Below are positions 36,431-49,278 of a stretch of 64,000 nucleotides of DNA, piece after piece (the stretch's first letter is position 1; each line of letters opens with the position of its first letter). The notes beneath the pieces are model-generated. The model worked only from the letters and a program-made list of their open reading frames with translations. It did not search any database and was not told where the DNA came from. The position numbers and the translations under genes are program-made. This stretch comes from Camelus dromedarius (Eukaryota): NCBI RefSeq assembly GCF_036321535.1, contig NC_087437.1, forward strand, positions 93,250,001 through 93,314,000, given 5' to 3'.

Positions 36431-39389
36431 GGCTTTAGTAGGAAACAGTACCTATATTTAATCAGATTTTCACATGCTGAAAATAGTAATAAACTTCCTC
36501 TGAACATTCAATTTAAAAAAAGAAAGAAAACAACTTTGCTAGTTTAATGAGAAGATCAACACCCAGACAAGGGTTGAAAGTGCAAATCAATTTTGGAATA
36601 GCATATTATTTACTCCATTTAAGTTTGCTCCAAATCTGACAGAACCAAGGATATAATTGATGCATTTCTCTGGGGATTAGTTAGCTTTTGCTAATGAAAT
36701 TATTCTAAATTTGCATCTTTCTCTTCCTTTTCTAATTTAATAAATCTCTTATCACAATGTAATTACTTAGTTTTCTCAGATAATCAGGGTTTATCCTGTT
36801 TTTGTGTTTACCATTCTGTTACTTTGTACATCATATTTCTTGGATCTCATGCTCTTTGGACAGCCTTATGATTTATGTTCTTTGTATATAATAGAGTGGA
36901 TCTTTCATAACTGTTCACTTTGAGGTCCCAAATATTGAAAAAGAAATATATTTTTTTGCCTTTCCAAAAAGAACTGTGTTGTAATTTCCTAATTTTTCTC
37001 TAATTATTTGACAATAGTGAACTTTATAGGCATTCTCATTGTTTATATAGCCTTTACCATAACCATCTGAGTCACTCTGCTTACACAGGTGACAGACAGG
37101 ACTCCAATTTCAGGTGAAGGGATTTCAGAAACTCATTGACTCACTTATGAGATCCTACAATATCCTCCCTGTTCTGAGGTGACTTTACCCAAGAGAGGCT
37201 TTGATCTTACTTTGCTTCTGTTAGAGAGAAAAGTTGACATTATCTACAAATAATTTTATTCTTTTCTTTTTAAGTCCACTCTTCTACCTTCTCTTAACTC
37301 TTTTCCTTTTCATAAAGATTGAATCCTGCAATGAATTCATTCATACTCAGAGTTATATCTCATCTGGTATGTGTTTCTACTAATTTTTCTCTTAAAATCA
37401 GTGAAATTTTGTGATTCCTCCAACAAACATAATTAATAGAATTAGATTAAAATGTCCTAAGGAGTTCAGAGATTTTCCTGCACTTTCCCCCAGAAAATAC
37501 ACAGATTTGTTGGGGTATCAGAAGTCAAATTTAAAGAAATGATTACTTATTGTTAAAAACCTACTGTTTAATAGTAACATGCTTGAAAATAGTTTGAGCA
37601 ACTTCAAACAGCTTTTAGCTACCTTAGGGTCTCTGTGGAGGGGTTCTAGAGACCAACTGTAGAGGGGTGTGTGGGAGATGGCCCCTTCATCTTTGCTTCC
37701 CTGAAGCAGCAATTTCTCATATATTTGTATGTATGTGTGTTCTTCTGTACATATATGTGTTCATTTTTAGTCATATTTTGCTTCCTGAAAGGTTACATCA
37801 AAGTGATCATTTAATACCACAGATGCAATTACCAGTGAAGGAATCCGTTAATTTGTGGCGGGTTGAAGTATAGCTCACACGCATTGTCTCTGATAACATG
37901 ATCCTTAGCAAGAAAGGCCAACTTGTTTTTTGTGATATTATGATTATCCTGGGAGGTTCTCTGCACTGGGTAGCCTGGTGCCTTACCCTTGACAATATGT
38001 TGAGCAGTGCTTACCAAAAAGAAGTTTTATCAAGAAAAAAAAGGCAAGGGTGTGTTAAGTCATCAGTTGCCATAATCCATATCCCACAAAGTATACCAAG
38101 GGCACTGTCCCATATTGTTCTCTGGAAACTTTTGGCATGTACGTCAACTCTGGATTGATGTAACTGCTCTACTGACATCCCTGCATCTCCCTGGACTGTG
38201 TAAGGGTGCTTTAGGCCCACAGGCTGCATAATTTCTGATTTTGAATTTTGATTCTCAAATTGAGCTTGTCTTGCCAGTTTTGACTTTATGCATAGCTTCT
38301 GGCTTGATCCAGTTTCTAGGGGCTTAAATGAGGACTGTTTGGGATTTGAGGAATTTCTGCTTATGGTCCAGAGAAAGATGAGGTTTCAGCCAGACTTTGG
38401 ATTAGTCAGGTTTCAAAGGAGTTCTCATATTCTTAGGATCTTGATATCTAGGGTCCTCAAGGTCATGCATGTGCTTGTCACTCTACCAAAGTCAGTATCT
38501 CGGACTCATGGTCACCGGTGCAAAATTCCAGATAAGGATCCATTTCCAGCTTTCTGGTTTAGGGTTGATGTTACTATGCAAATCCAGGTGCTGGCAGATC
38601 TTCTCAGTTCTCTGTTTACTCCCATTAAGCACTGGAAGCACATAGGAAAATCGCAGTTTTATTATGGGCATGGACTTAGAGCAATACCCTTTCTCAAATG
38701 CAGTTGAAAGACTGATTGCCCTGAGGGCCGTGTTCTTCTCTGTTAGTGGGGGTTGCTTTTATATTAACCCTTGCCATCCATTTCTTTCCTGAGCGTTTCT
38801 AGAATAAAACTGTTTTATCAACTAAGTACTGGATTCCAAGACTAATTTGATCAGCACGTGTATTTTTCATCCCCTTTAACATTGCTGGTTTTCTTTCTTC
38901 TTCTTCTTCTTCTTTTTTTTTTTTTTTTGTTATGGTCTTCTAAAAGGCTTTGTGATCAGTTTGAATTTCTTTCAAGGGATTAGCTATGGTATCTGCGCAT
39001 AATTCTGCGAAAGCCTATGCCATCTTTTTGTGTTTTGAAGGGTGAACGTGTGTTGTTGCAAATCAAATAATGGCAAGGCTTTGTCTTATTGAGTGCAATT
39101 TATGTAATCTGTTTTAATAGATGAAAGGGATTATATGGTCAAATGAACTCTTTTTGGTCCCCAACTCTCATCTTAGCCTGTTTTATAACTATAGAGATGC
39201 TACATCTTAAGCAGTGAAAGTTTTCCCTCAGAATAATTCTATTGAACCTATAGAATGAAACAAAACTTGAGTTTGAAATGAACAAATAGCTTTAACTCTG
39301 TATGCTGGGGGTGGTACTGGGAAAGGAGTGCTGCTGGGCCTAGGATTTTTATTTATGTGGTGAAAGAACATGAATATTTTCAAATTTTA

Positions 39390-39570
39390 AAAATGTAGGC
39401 TTGAATTCCAACCAGAATAATCGTTAGGAGTTAATTAACCTCTTGGTGATTTAGATTCGTCATCAGTAAGATGGAGCTGACAATCCCTTTAAATTAGAGT
39501 TGCTTAAAGTGTTTACTAACATATGCTGCCTAGTGCTTCTGAAAGTAGGCACTCAATAAATGCTAGCCGC
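39390..39570 (+). mobile_element. MIR SINE
   Basis: Ends in gcctagtgcttctgaaagtaggcactcaataaatgctagc, the MIR 3' end. Confidence 0.6.
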
Positions 39571-39829
39571 CTTCCTATTCCTCCAGTCTTCTCCTCTACA
39601 TGGGACATGGATTTGTTCACATTACTAGAGAATGAATCCACAGGATAAAACTGCCTAGGCAAGGTAGGTTTTGTAGAAGATTGATTTAAACCTACATTAG
39701 AACTAAAGAGGCATGTGGAATGCAAAGACTATATACTCTGAAAATAAATATGGTTTATTATAGTTTCAGCATCATTGTTCTAACCAACAGGCTTCCATTT
39801 GAGTTTCCAAAACATACTTTTGGCTGGAT

Positions 39830-40025
39830 TATCAGAGTTTAAATCTGTAATTAGCTACTTTCTAATGTATGATTTTAGACAAATAATTTATCCTTTGCTT
39901 CAGTTTCCTTGTTTGCAAAATGTCAGATAATTATAGTCCCTTTCTCAATAGGGTTATTATGAGGAGAAACTGAGATAATACATGCAAAGTACTCAACAAG
40001 CACCCGGATCATTGAAGGTAATGCA
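39830..40025 (+). mobile_element. MIR SINE
   Basis: cttcagtttccttgtttgcaaaatg...atagggttattatgaggagaaactgagataatacatgcaaagtact is the MIR core. Confidence 0.8.
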
Positions 40026-42041
40026 GTCATTTGTCCATTTTCCCAATAGATGAGTATTTCCTTCTGTTCTTGTCACCTCTGTATCACCAGTCTTAATAGA
40101 ATGAATGATGGAGTGAATAGCAGAGGAACTGTTTAAGCCAGTGTATAACCCCTCCATTGGAATTGCATACTCCAGGGGACAAGTCACAATATGAGAAGGG
40201 ATGCTACACCTGTATTGGGTAGATATTTTGGAGAATTAATTATAAATAAAGAAGGAAGTGTCTTATTCATGATGTCTGTATTCACACTTTACAATTTTTA
40301 CCTTTTATTAGTTTGGTCTAGGAGATCTATTGGTAGGAACAATTGTTCAGATGACTTAAGGTAGCTTAAATCCAAGGGACAGAGAACATGAGGAATCATA
40401 TATGATTATAAAATGGCTATCTAGAGACAGGATGATTAGAACTTGCATTAGGATTATGTTCAATTCTCCATGGTCTCTCTGTACTAATTATTAGTAACCT
40501 AGGACTGTGACTGTTAGAATATCAAAATAGAATTTTCTTGAAGAAGCAGATTGCATCCATCTTTTTGTACCACTCAGTATAAATATGTAAGTAATTCAAC
40601 ATTAACCATTGTCCAAGTGAAAAAAATAGGGTTCTTATCTCTCATTAGCAATGATAGGTTTACAAAGGTACTGTGTGAAAGGCAATAGGAGTAAAAAGTA
40701 AAATCTCATTTAACAACTGGGTCTTTAAAGCATGTAAGTAAAGAGTACGTATCTACGTGAAAATATAAGTAAATGGACACATATAAAGACAGAAACATCT
40801 CCTAGTAGATTTTTCACTGATAACAAGGTGGATTTTGGCAGACAATATTTCAGATGTTACTGACTGGAAGTAATGAGCCTGAAACTACTAAAAATGTGAC
40901 TCCTACAGTTTACATAACCTTTTAGTGGCAGACCAGGTTTTAAAATTCACTCGTTGATTCCATTAAGTCCTAGAGCTTAGTCCATTAAGCCATGTTACCT
41001 CCATTTAAAACCTATTACCAGATCTTTTACATGCTTAGAATTCAGTGTATGGAGTAACTGAATCCAACACAAATGAAGTAGTGTTTTCCAGGATAGACAC
41101 ACACACATATTTGCATGTGAATCTCTATTCTTTTATCTTTCCATACATTTTAAGTTTATAAGTGGATAATGGTCCTATATGACTCAGGATTTCTTTCTCC
41201 ATTATTAAAGTGTTCTCTTTCATGATTATTTCCAGGGTGACTGATGTTAATTTTGCAGACTGTGTAGGCTGAACTGATGTCTCTTAAATCACAGTGCTTG
41301 ATAAAGGGAGGAGGTTAATAAGGCATGGGTCATTACAATTGTAGACCCATCCTAATTTATACTAATGACTAACAGGACTCATAGCAAATAAGAGTCTGTG
41401 AATTGGAAAGTGAAATGACTTGATTAAAAACAATGGATTTTATGTGTTTTGCAACCACACAAAGAGAATAATGATTTTGATGTCATCTATCCCTGATAGA
41501 GAAGCCATCAATACAGAAAACAGGATTCCTTATGCATAGCTTATGTGAACGAGAGTATTTACAGACTCACAATAAATCGGGTCCTATTACAGTGAACTCT
41601 ACGTGAGTCTGGCAGTGGTCCTACTACAATTCTGATGAAATATTTCTGAAACAAAAGGTAATCAGCTGGGTATTTTTGTTATGTAGAAAATTTTATTTAA
41701 ATAGTTTCTATCATGAAGGAAGTTGATCTATAGATGAACTGCAGTTTAGTTACTTTCCTTGGGAATGAGTGCATTCTTGCTAGGATTTTTCTTTTATTAG
41801 AAATATCAGGAATGGCAAGAGCCATGTGATTAAAAGGAGCCTAAGGCTTCAAAGTATTTCCTGCTACCACAGGCACCAAAGAATGGCAGAGCTGCTGTTT
41901 CTTAGAACCATTTAGAGAGAAGTAAAAAAACCTTCATGCTTCTCTCTCTATATATATAAAAAAAAAGTAGATTGGCTGTATTGACTTTCTGGACTCCCAG
42001 ATGTTTTTTCCCATGCGTTGATGCTAACTTGTAATAGCGTG

Positions 42042-42112
42042 GTGTGTGTGCGTGTGTCTTTGTGTGCGTGTGTCTTTGTGTGCGTGTGCATATACATGCA
42101 TGTGTATGTATG
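42042..42112. repeat. Compound (TG)-rich repeat with a 16-bp higher-order unit
   Basis: gtgtgcgtgtgtcttt occurs twice, plus a partial third copy. Confidence 0.85.
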
Positions 42113-43907
42113 GGGGTGGGGAACACATAAAGTGGCTTTTGAAAAATTAATCTTGTACTCTTCACTAAAATGAGCCTATCCACTGGCCAGGTAAGACACG
42201 ACACACTTAAAGAGGATGTTCTAGTTCTAACATCAAGTAATGCCGAAGAAGTGCAAAAAGAACGGAGAGGAAAGACACTTTTAGGTGTGGAATGAAACAA
42301 CTACTTATTAGTGGCCTTTCAGTGTTAAATTGATTTCTGTGTGGCTATGCTGGGAAGGAGCCCTGGAGTCTCTAATTACAGTATTTATTATCACTCTCGG
42401 CTTAGCACAAACCGACCACAGCTATGTTGCTTTGGTGTTAAACTCAAATCTCTGATACCATCTCTGGCAAGAGTGCTCAGGCTACGTAGGAGAGGAGAAG
42501 GTCCTGGTGGATGGTATGGAAACTGTGAATATTTGATCTTAACACTATTCCTAATGCCACCCCCCTCCAGATGGGAGAAGATGACCCATGGTGAGAAAAT
42601 TCAGAATTGTAAACCACAGAACTGAGACATGAATTTTTTCAAAGCAGTTTATTAAAGACCTTTCTATAGAATCTGTTCTTGGAAGGATAAAACTATCACT
42701 AACTAATGAAGCATGTATTATGTGCATACAGATGTAGATACATATAGAGAGAGGCAGAGAGAGGGAAAAGTGAGGGAAGAGGGTAGAAGTGAGTGAGCAC
42801 AGCACTGATGCTGTCTGCAGCATCAGTTAGTACCACCTCAGAAATGATGCCCCATGGTACTGAGAGTGATGCATGATACCTCGGGGGAATACATGTAGGT
42901 AAGCAGCGTATATAGTTCTGATTAGAGCAGATAGCTCCTCTGGCCCAGTATTGTGGAGGAGACTTAGACAAACAGGAATATATTCAATTGAAAATGTGTC
43001 CCACACAGGCTGCTTATCTGAAGATGACTCACACCAAAGCAAACAAGCAAACAAACAAACACCCGCATAAAGTCACATTGCATAACTTAGAACTAGAACT
43101 AAATATCCAGATTTTAACATTATACATGTAGGGATGAACCTTTGTAATTGTTATACCTAGGTAGTGTCCAGTGGTTACAATCTCTCAGGACATGATTTAG
43201 GGTTTTGGGTTGGTGGAAAGATTCTTTTTTTTTTTTTTTTTCCAATAGGCTTTAATCTTTTTTTAGACTTGCTTTAAACGAAAGATACATATTAAGAATT
43301 GATTACTTGGGAATCATATCAACTGGTGTTGATTAAAACATTTAGTACTGTTCCTATTTATCTTCCAGATGTATCCCAACTAGAAAGTTTAAATTTATCA
43401 GTTATTTCCTGATTCAAAATAATTCATTGCATATGGTAAAAAGTTTTTATTATATAAAAATAAGTATCTTTCCAACACTATCTACCAGTTCTATTCTCTA
43501 GAGGAATCTGTTTTTTTTAAACAGATTTCTGGTATAACTTCAAGTATGTTTGTATATATTTATCTCTTTCTAAAAAAAAATCACTCATTGCTTACCTCCT
43601 CCAAGAGGCACTGTTCTGCATAGGCTGTAGGCAACCCACTACTTTGACTAACCTGACCATGGCCAGGGAGATGCCCTAAAGTAGATAATTTTGAATTGGA
43701 ATGATGAAATAATTTTATGCTTAATTATTTCCCTGACAGTTGAGAGGAAGAGGAGGAGCTGAAATCCATTTTGATGCTTCAAAGAGTTCTGGTAAAGTGA
43801 CATACTGTGCCACAGATCCCAACCCAGCATAACTGTGTCCCTGTTGTTACCCTCCTTGGACCTCATATATACCTACCTAAGATATGATAAGGGAGCCATT
43901 GTTAAGC

Positions 43908-44000
43908 CTTTGCTTTGCTTTGCTTTGCTTTGCTTTGCTTTGCTTTGCTTTGCTTTGCTTTGCTTTCCTTTCCTTTCCTTTTCTTTTCTTTTCTTTCTTT
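43908..44000. repeat. Compound microsatellite (CTTTG)11(CTTTC)3(CTTTT)3(CTTT)2 derived from an L1 poly-A tail
   Basis: Directly visible. It abuts the 3' end of the minus-strand L1. Confidence 0.95.
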
Positions 44001-44943
44001 CTTGTTGAAGTACAGTTATTTTACAATGTTGCATCGATTTCTGGTATACAGCATGTTTCAGTCATCCATATATACATGCATTCCTTTTTGTATTGTTTTT
44101 TCATTATAGGTTACTACAAGATATTGAATGTAATTTCCTGTTCTATACAGTATGAGCTTGTTGTTTTATCTATTTTCTATATAGTAGTTAGTACCTGCAG
44201 ATCTTGAACTCACAATTTATCCCTTCTCTCCCTGGTAACCATTAGTTTGTTTTCTATGTCTGTGAGTTTGTCTCTGTCTTGTAAATTAGTTCATTTGCTT
44301 CCTTTTATTTTAGATCCACATGTGAATGACATCATATGGTATTTTTCTTTCTCTTTCTGGCTTACTTCACTTAGAATGATAATTTCCAGGTATCCATCCA
44401 TGTTGCTGTAAATGTCATTATTTTATTCTTTTTTATGGCTGAGTAGTATTCCATTGTATAAATATACCACAGCTTCTTCATCCAGTCATCTGTCAACAGA
44501 CATTTAGTTTGTTTCCATGCTTTGGCTATTGTAAATAGTACTGTTATGACTACTGGGATGCATATGTCTTTTCAAATTACAGATCCCTCCAGATATATGC
44601 CCAAGAGTGAGATTGCTGGATCCTATGGTAAGTCTATTTTTAGTTTTTTATAGAATCTCCATTTTGTTTTCCATAATGGCTGCACCAAAATACATTCTCA
44701 CCAACAGTGTAGGAGGGTCCCCATTTCTCCACACCCTCTCCAGCATTTATTGTTTGTGGACATTTTAGTGGCAGCCATTCCAACTTATGTGAGGTGATAC
44801 CTCATTGTAGTTTTGATTTGCACTTCTCTGATAATTAGCAATATTGAGTATTTTTTCATATGACTATTGACCACTTGTATGTCTTCTTTGGAGAATTGCT
44901 TATTTAAGTCTTCTCTCCATTTTTGGATTGGGCTGTTGGGTTT

Positions 44944-44981
<38 letters not shown>

Positions 44982-46460
44982 AAGTGGTATGAGCTGTCTG
45001 TATATTCTAGAAGTTAAGTCCTTGTCAGTTGCATCATTTGCTTTCTCCTATTCTATAAGTTGTCATTTTGTTTTGCTTATGGTTTCCTTTGCTGTGCAAA
45101 AGCTTATAAGTTTAATTAGGTCCCATTTGTTTATTTTTGCATTTATTTCTATTGCCTGGGTAGACCGTGCTATGAGACCATTGCTAAGATTTATGTCAGA
45201 GAATGTTTTGCCTATGTTTTCTTCTGAGAGATTTATAGTGTCTTGTCTTATATTTAAGTCTTTAAGCCATTTTGAGTTTATTTTTGTGTATGGTTTGAGG
45301 GAGTGTTCTCACTTCACTGATTTACATGCTGCTGTCCAACTTTTCCAACATCACTTGCTGAGGAGACTGTCTTTTCTCCATTGTATATTCTTGCCTCCTT
45401 TGTCAAACATTAATTGACCGTAAGTCCATGGATTTACTTCTGGGCTCTCTAGTCTGTTCTGTTGATCCATATGTCTGTTTTTGTGCCAATACCACACTGT
45501 TTTGATTACTATAGCTCTGTAGTATTTTCTGAATTCTGAGAGGGTGATTTCTCCAGCTTTGTTCTCTTTCTTCAGTGTTACTTTGGCAATTCTGGGTCTT
45601 TTGTAATTCCATATAAATTTTAGGATTACTTGTTCTAATGAAAATGTCCTGGGTAATTTGATGGGGATCACATTTAATCTGTAGATTGCCTTGGGCAGTA
45701 TCATTTTAACAATACTAATTCTTCCAATCCAAGAGCATGGGGGTCTCTTTACCTTTCTTTAAATCATCTTTAATTTCCTTAATCAATGTTTAATAGTTGT
45801 CAGTTATGTCTTTCACCTCCTTGGTCAAGTTTATTCCTAAGTATTTCTTTCTTTCTTTCTTTTTTTTTTGGGGGGGATATAATTTTTAAAAAGGATTGTT
45901 TCTTTACTTTCGTTTTCTGATATTTCATTGTTAGTGTAAAGAAATGCAACTGATTTCTGTATGTTAATCTTGTATCCTCCTACTAAGATGAGTTCTTTTA
46001 TCAGCTCTAGTAGTTTTTGTGTGGAGCCTTTTGGGTTTTTTATATATAGTGTCATGTCATTTGCATATAGTGACAGTTTTATCTCTTCTTTTCCAATTTG
46101 GATCCCTATTTATTTTCCTTGTTTGATTGCTATGACTATGACTTCCAATACTGTGTTGAATAGAAGTGGTGAGAGTGGGCATCCTTATTTTATTCTAGAT
46201 TTTAGCAGGAAGGCTTTCAACTTTTCACTGTTGAGTATTATATTGGCTGTGGGTTTGTCATAAATAGCTTTTATTATGTTAAGATATGTCCCTTTTATTC
46301 CCACTTTGGTAAGAATTTTTTTTATCGTAAATGGGTGTTGAATATTATCAAATGCTTTTTCTGCATCCATTGAGATGATCATGTGGTTTTTGTCCTTTTT
46401 TCTGTTGTGGTGTATCACGCTGATTGATTTGCATGTTGAACCATCCTTGTGTCCCTGGGC
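44001..46460 (-). mobile_element. 5'-truncated LINE-1 (~2.5 kb; ORF2 RT to C-terminus plus 3'UTR)
   Basis: Minus-strand ORFs give L1 ORF2 peptides [44 protein letters not shown] and [17 protein letters not shown]...[16 protein letters not shown]. The ORF is disrupted by frameshifts. Confidence 0.97.
44946..44981. repeat. (GTT)12 microsatellite inside L1
   Basis: Perfect trinucleotide run. Confidence 0.97.
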
Positions 46461-46854
46461 ATAAAGTCTATTTTTCAAAATCAATTTTTGAGGTAAACAT
46501 ATCACCTGTTGAGTCATTTTGAGCTTTTAATTATGTCTCTTGCCCCTCCCCCCACTGCCCCTCAATACCCACTATGAGACCAAGGACAAATCAGTTTACC
46601 TATCACAGACTAAATTTTTATGTGAAAAAATGAGGAGATTGAAACAGAGAACTGAATTTCTTCCAGTTCCAACTTCTTTGAGTCCCTAGGAGAGTCCATT
46701 TTGTACTTTTGCAGAGGATCTCTCACCCATAGCAATGTGGGAATGTAAATCTGCCTAGAGACAGTAAGTTGATTAAACAACATAGATGGTGTAGATAATT
46801 TTTCTCAGCTGTACAAAGCTAATATTCACAGATGTCTGAATACTTGGTGGTTAG

Positions 46855-46856
<2 letters not shown>

Positions 46857-46892
<36 letters not shown>
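46857..46892. repeat. (GT)18 microsatellite
   Basis: Perfect dinucleotide run. Confidence 0.97.
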
Positions 46893-46902
<10 letters not shown>

Positions 46903-48489
46903 CTGTATACAGCCAGTTGACTATGCTGAACTGTAATGCTCTAGGAGGGAGAACACAAGTTCCAGACAGAAAACACCAGTGGGAAAGTGAGTGAGGGGAA
47001 TCAGGAGTGTGGATTTCTATGCAAAAACTGCCCACCTCTTTCTTTAACCCCAGGGAGCAGGCATTTCATTTACCAAATGGCTAGTTTGAGGTGCTAATCC
47101 TCATCTGATTTTGTACATGAGGAAAGTGTTTTGAGAATAAGATGAGAGACTAAATAGAACAAAGAGAAAGTCTAAGATGTAACAGAATAGAGTGACTTGA
47201 CCTGTAGAAATGCCATTGTTGTGTATAAACACACACCATAGTTTTGACACACTTATTCTCTTCCTACCCTTGCCTTACCGACAATCGCTTTCTCAGTTTC
47301 CATCTAACATTGAATTTATATGGACAGGATCAAAAGGTGATGATTGTAAGTGACAGAAAATTCCAACCTTTCAGAGACTGATTATAAAAGAATACTTGAA
47401 AAGATGATGAGAAAGAAGGATGACATGGAGAATATTTGCTTCACTGACCAGGGGTTGTGTGGCCATGTGGGGTACCTCCAGAACAGAATGACTAAGAAGG
47501 AAATATGAATAGAGGAGCTTCTGCTGTACCTCTTTACCTTTAATTCTTTATTGGATAGAATAATATTGGCTCCTATGCTATGTAAAGGTCTTGATACATA
47601 CTTTTGTGTAGTGTATGCTAGATTTACCAAGAGACAGCTTGCTTTGTTATAGACAGTACTATGCCTCCATTCTCTAAGAGAGGTACAAGTTGAAAACTAC
47701 AGGGGCAAAAAATATTTCAGTAATCTTTAAGAATAGAAAATGTGTACAGATGCTAAGGACAGTATCATAACTAGCATATTAAAAGCATTCTGATATTGTC
47801 CATCTGACATCTTATACAACACAATAAAAAGAACATTTTGTATGTATTTTTTAAGTTTTATTATTCCTATAAAAACCTATTGAAGAAAATCACAGTCGTG
47901 AAAAAATAATCCTGTGGGATTTTATAAAATCACAGTTGTTTTGAAAGTAAATGAGTTTAACTGGAATTATCAAGGTGACTTCCACTATTACTGTTATTTT
48001 TGTCTCCAGTAACTAATGACAGTCTTTTCCCATAGAACTGAACATAAATTAAATGAAAGCAATGCCATTGCCTTCCAGTAATAAATAGAAAGGAGAAAAT
48101 AATGGGGACTCCCTACTGTTTTTCCTTTGCTTATGTCCTAGGAATGAAGAAGAAAGAATATCTAGTTCATCACTCATATTTTTATAAAATGTACTTATTT
48201 TGACACTGCCCCAAAGATAGAGTATCAGTGCATTTTGAAAATGAGTATCTTCACATATAATGTGACAGTTCACAGTACAAAGCTTAAGGGCGAAATCTGC
48301 ATTCTTATACAACTTAGATTTTGCTAAAAGACTATCAGCTTCATAGTTTCAATGAATGAAATATATCTCTCTGAAATAATCATCAGTTTCATTTATATTT
48401 GAATTTTGAAGGCTAATTTCTCAGTTCAGTTAAAAATAGTTGAAGGTGAGCCAATATATCACTTTAGTCAGGTGGTAAAGTTGGCAGAC

Positions 48490-48620
48490 TTGAGATATAG
48501 AATCAGAGGTAATTGTTTTGATTCCATTTGATATCTGTGTGTCCTTGGGCAAACCAGGATTTCAGTTCCCTGAAATACAAGATTGAGGGTGATAAGGCTG
48601 ACCTCTCCGGTTTGTTTGGA
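48490..48620 (+). mobile_element. MIR fragment
   Basis: atctgtgtgtccttgggcaaacc...tttcagttccctgaaatacaagattgagggtgataa. Confidence 0.55.
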
Positions 48621-48834
48621 GGTTATGGTAGACACCTTCTTTGGTCCATCTATATGTGGTAGGACCCCAGCTGTTTTATATGTCTGCCTCCTTAGTGTCC
48701 CATCCCTCAGCTCAAGGTGACTGGACTGGGGAAAGCATACGGCTCAAGCCAAGCCAATGAGAATTCTGTTACTGAATATTTGAAATTGTGGGTGAGTGAT
48801 TCATAGTCTCCAAATGTTTGTGCCTGCACCTACA

Positions 48835-49278
48835 CAGATGGTCCCTGACTTAAATGACAGTTTGCTCTATGATTTTTCCACTTTATTGTGGTGGGACAGC
48901 AATATACATTCAGTAGAAACTGCACTTCAAATTTAAAACTTTGATCTTCCTGGACTAATGCTATGTGGTTACAATACTGTTCTGTGATGCTGGGCGGCGG
49001 CAGCTCCCAGTCGTCTGCTCAATCACGAGGTAGACAAGCAATTCACCTACAACCGTTCTGTTTTTCACTTCCGGTACAGTGTTCACTAAATTGCAGGAGA
49101 TACTCAACACTTTGGTATTAGGTGATTTTGTCCAACTATAGGCTAATGTAAATATTCTGAGCACATACAATGTAGGCCAGGTCACGCTATGATGTTAGGT
49201 AGATTAAGTGTATTAAATGTATTTTTGACTTATATTTTCAACTTGAGATGGGTTTACCATAAGTTGTGAGGAGATCTG
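48835..49278 (-). mobile_element. MER47/Tigger5-type non-autonomous DNA transposon
   Basis: TIRs are cagatggtccctgactta and taagttgtgaggagatctg, the latter followed by TA. Internal reverse MER47 motifs include tccaactataggctaatgtaaatattctgagcac and attaagtgtattaaatgtatttttgactta. Confidence 0.9.

Noticed and set aside
43884..44207. ORF with (LCFAL)n repeats
   Set aside because: It is a translation of the (CTTTG)n microsatellite and the L1 3'UTR.
44923..45417. 164-aa ORF with a poly-Leu, signal-peptide-like start
   Set aside because: It is antisense to L1 ORF2, and the Leu run is the (GTT)12 microsatellite.
46511..46527. gagtcattttgagc as a possible TSD partner of gagccattgttaagc (~43893) for the 2.5-kb L1
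   Set aside because: It has several mismatches and lies ~50 bp from the L1 truncation point, so I cannot support it.
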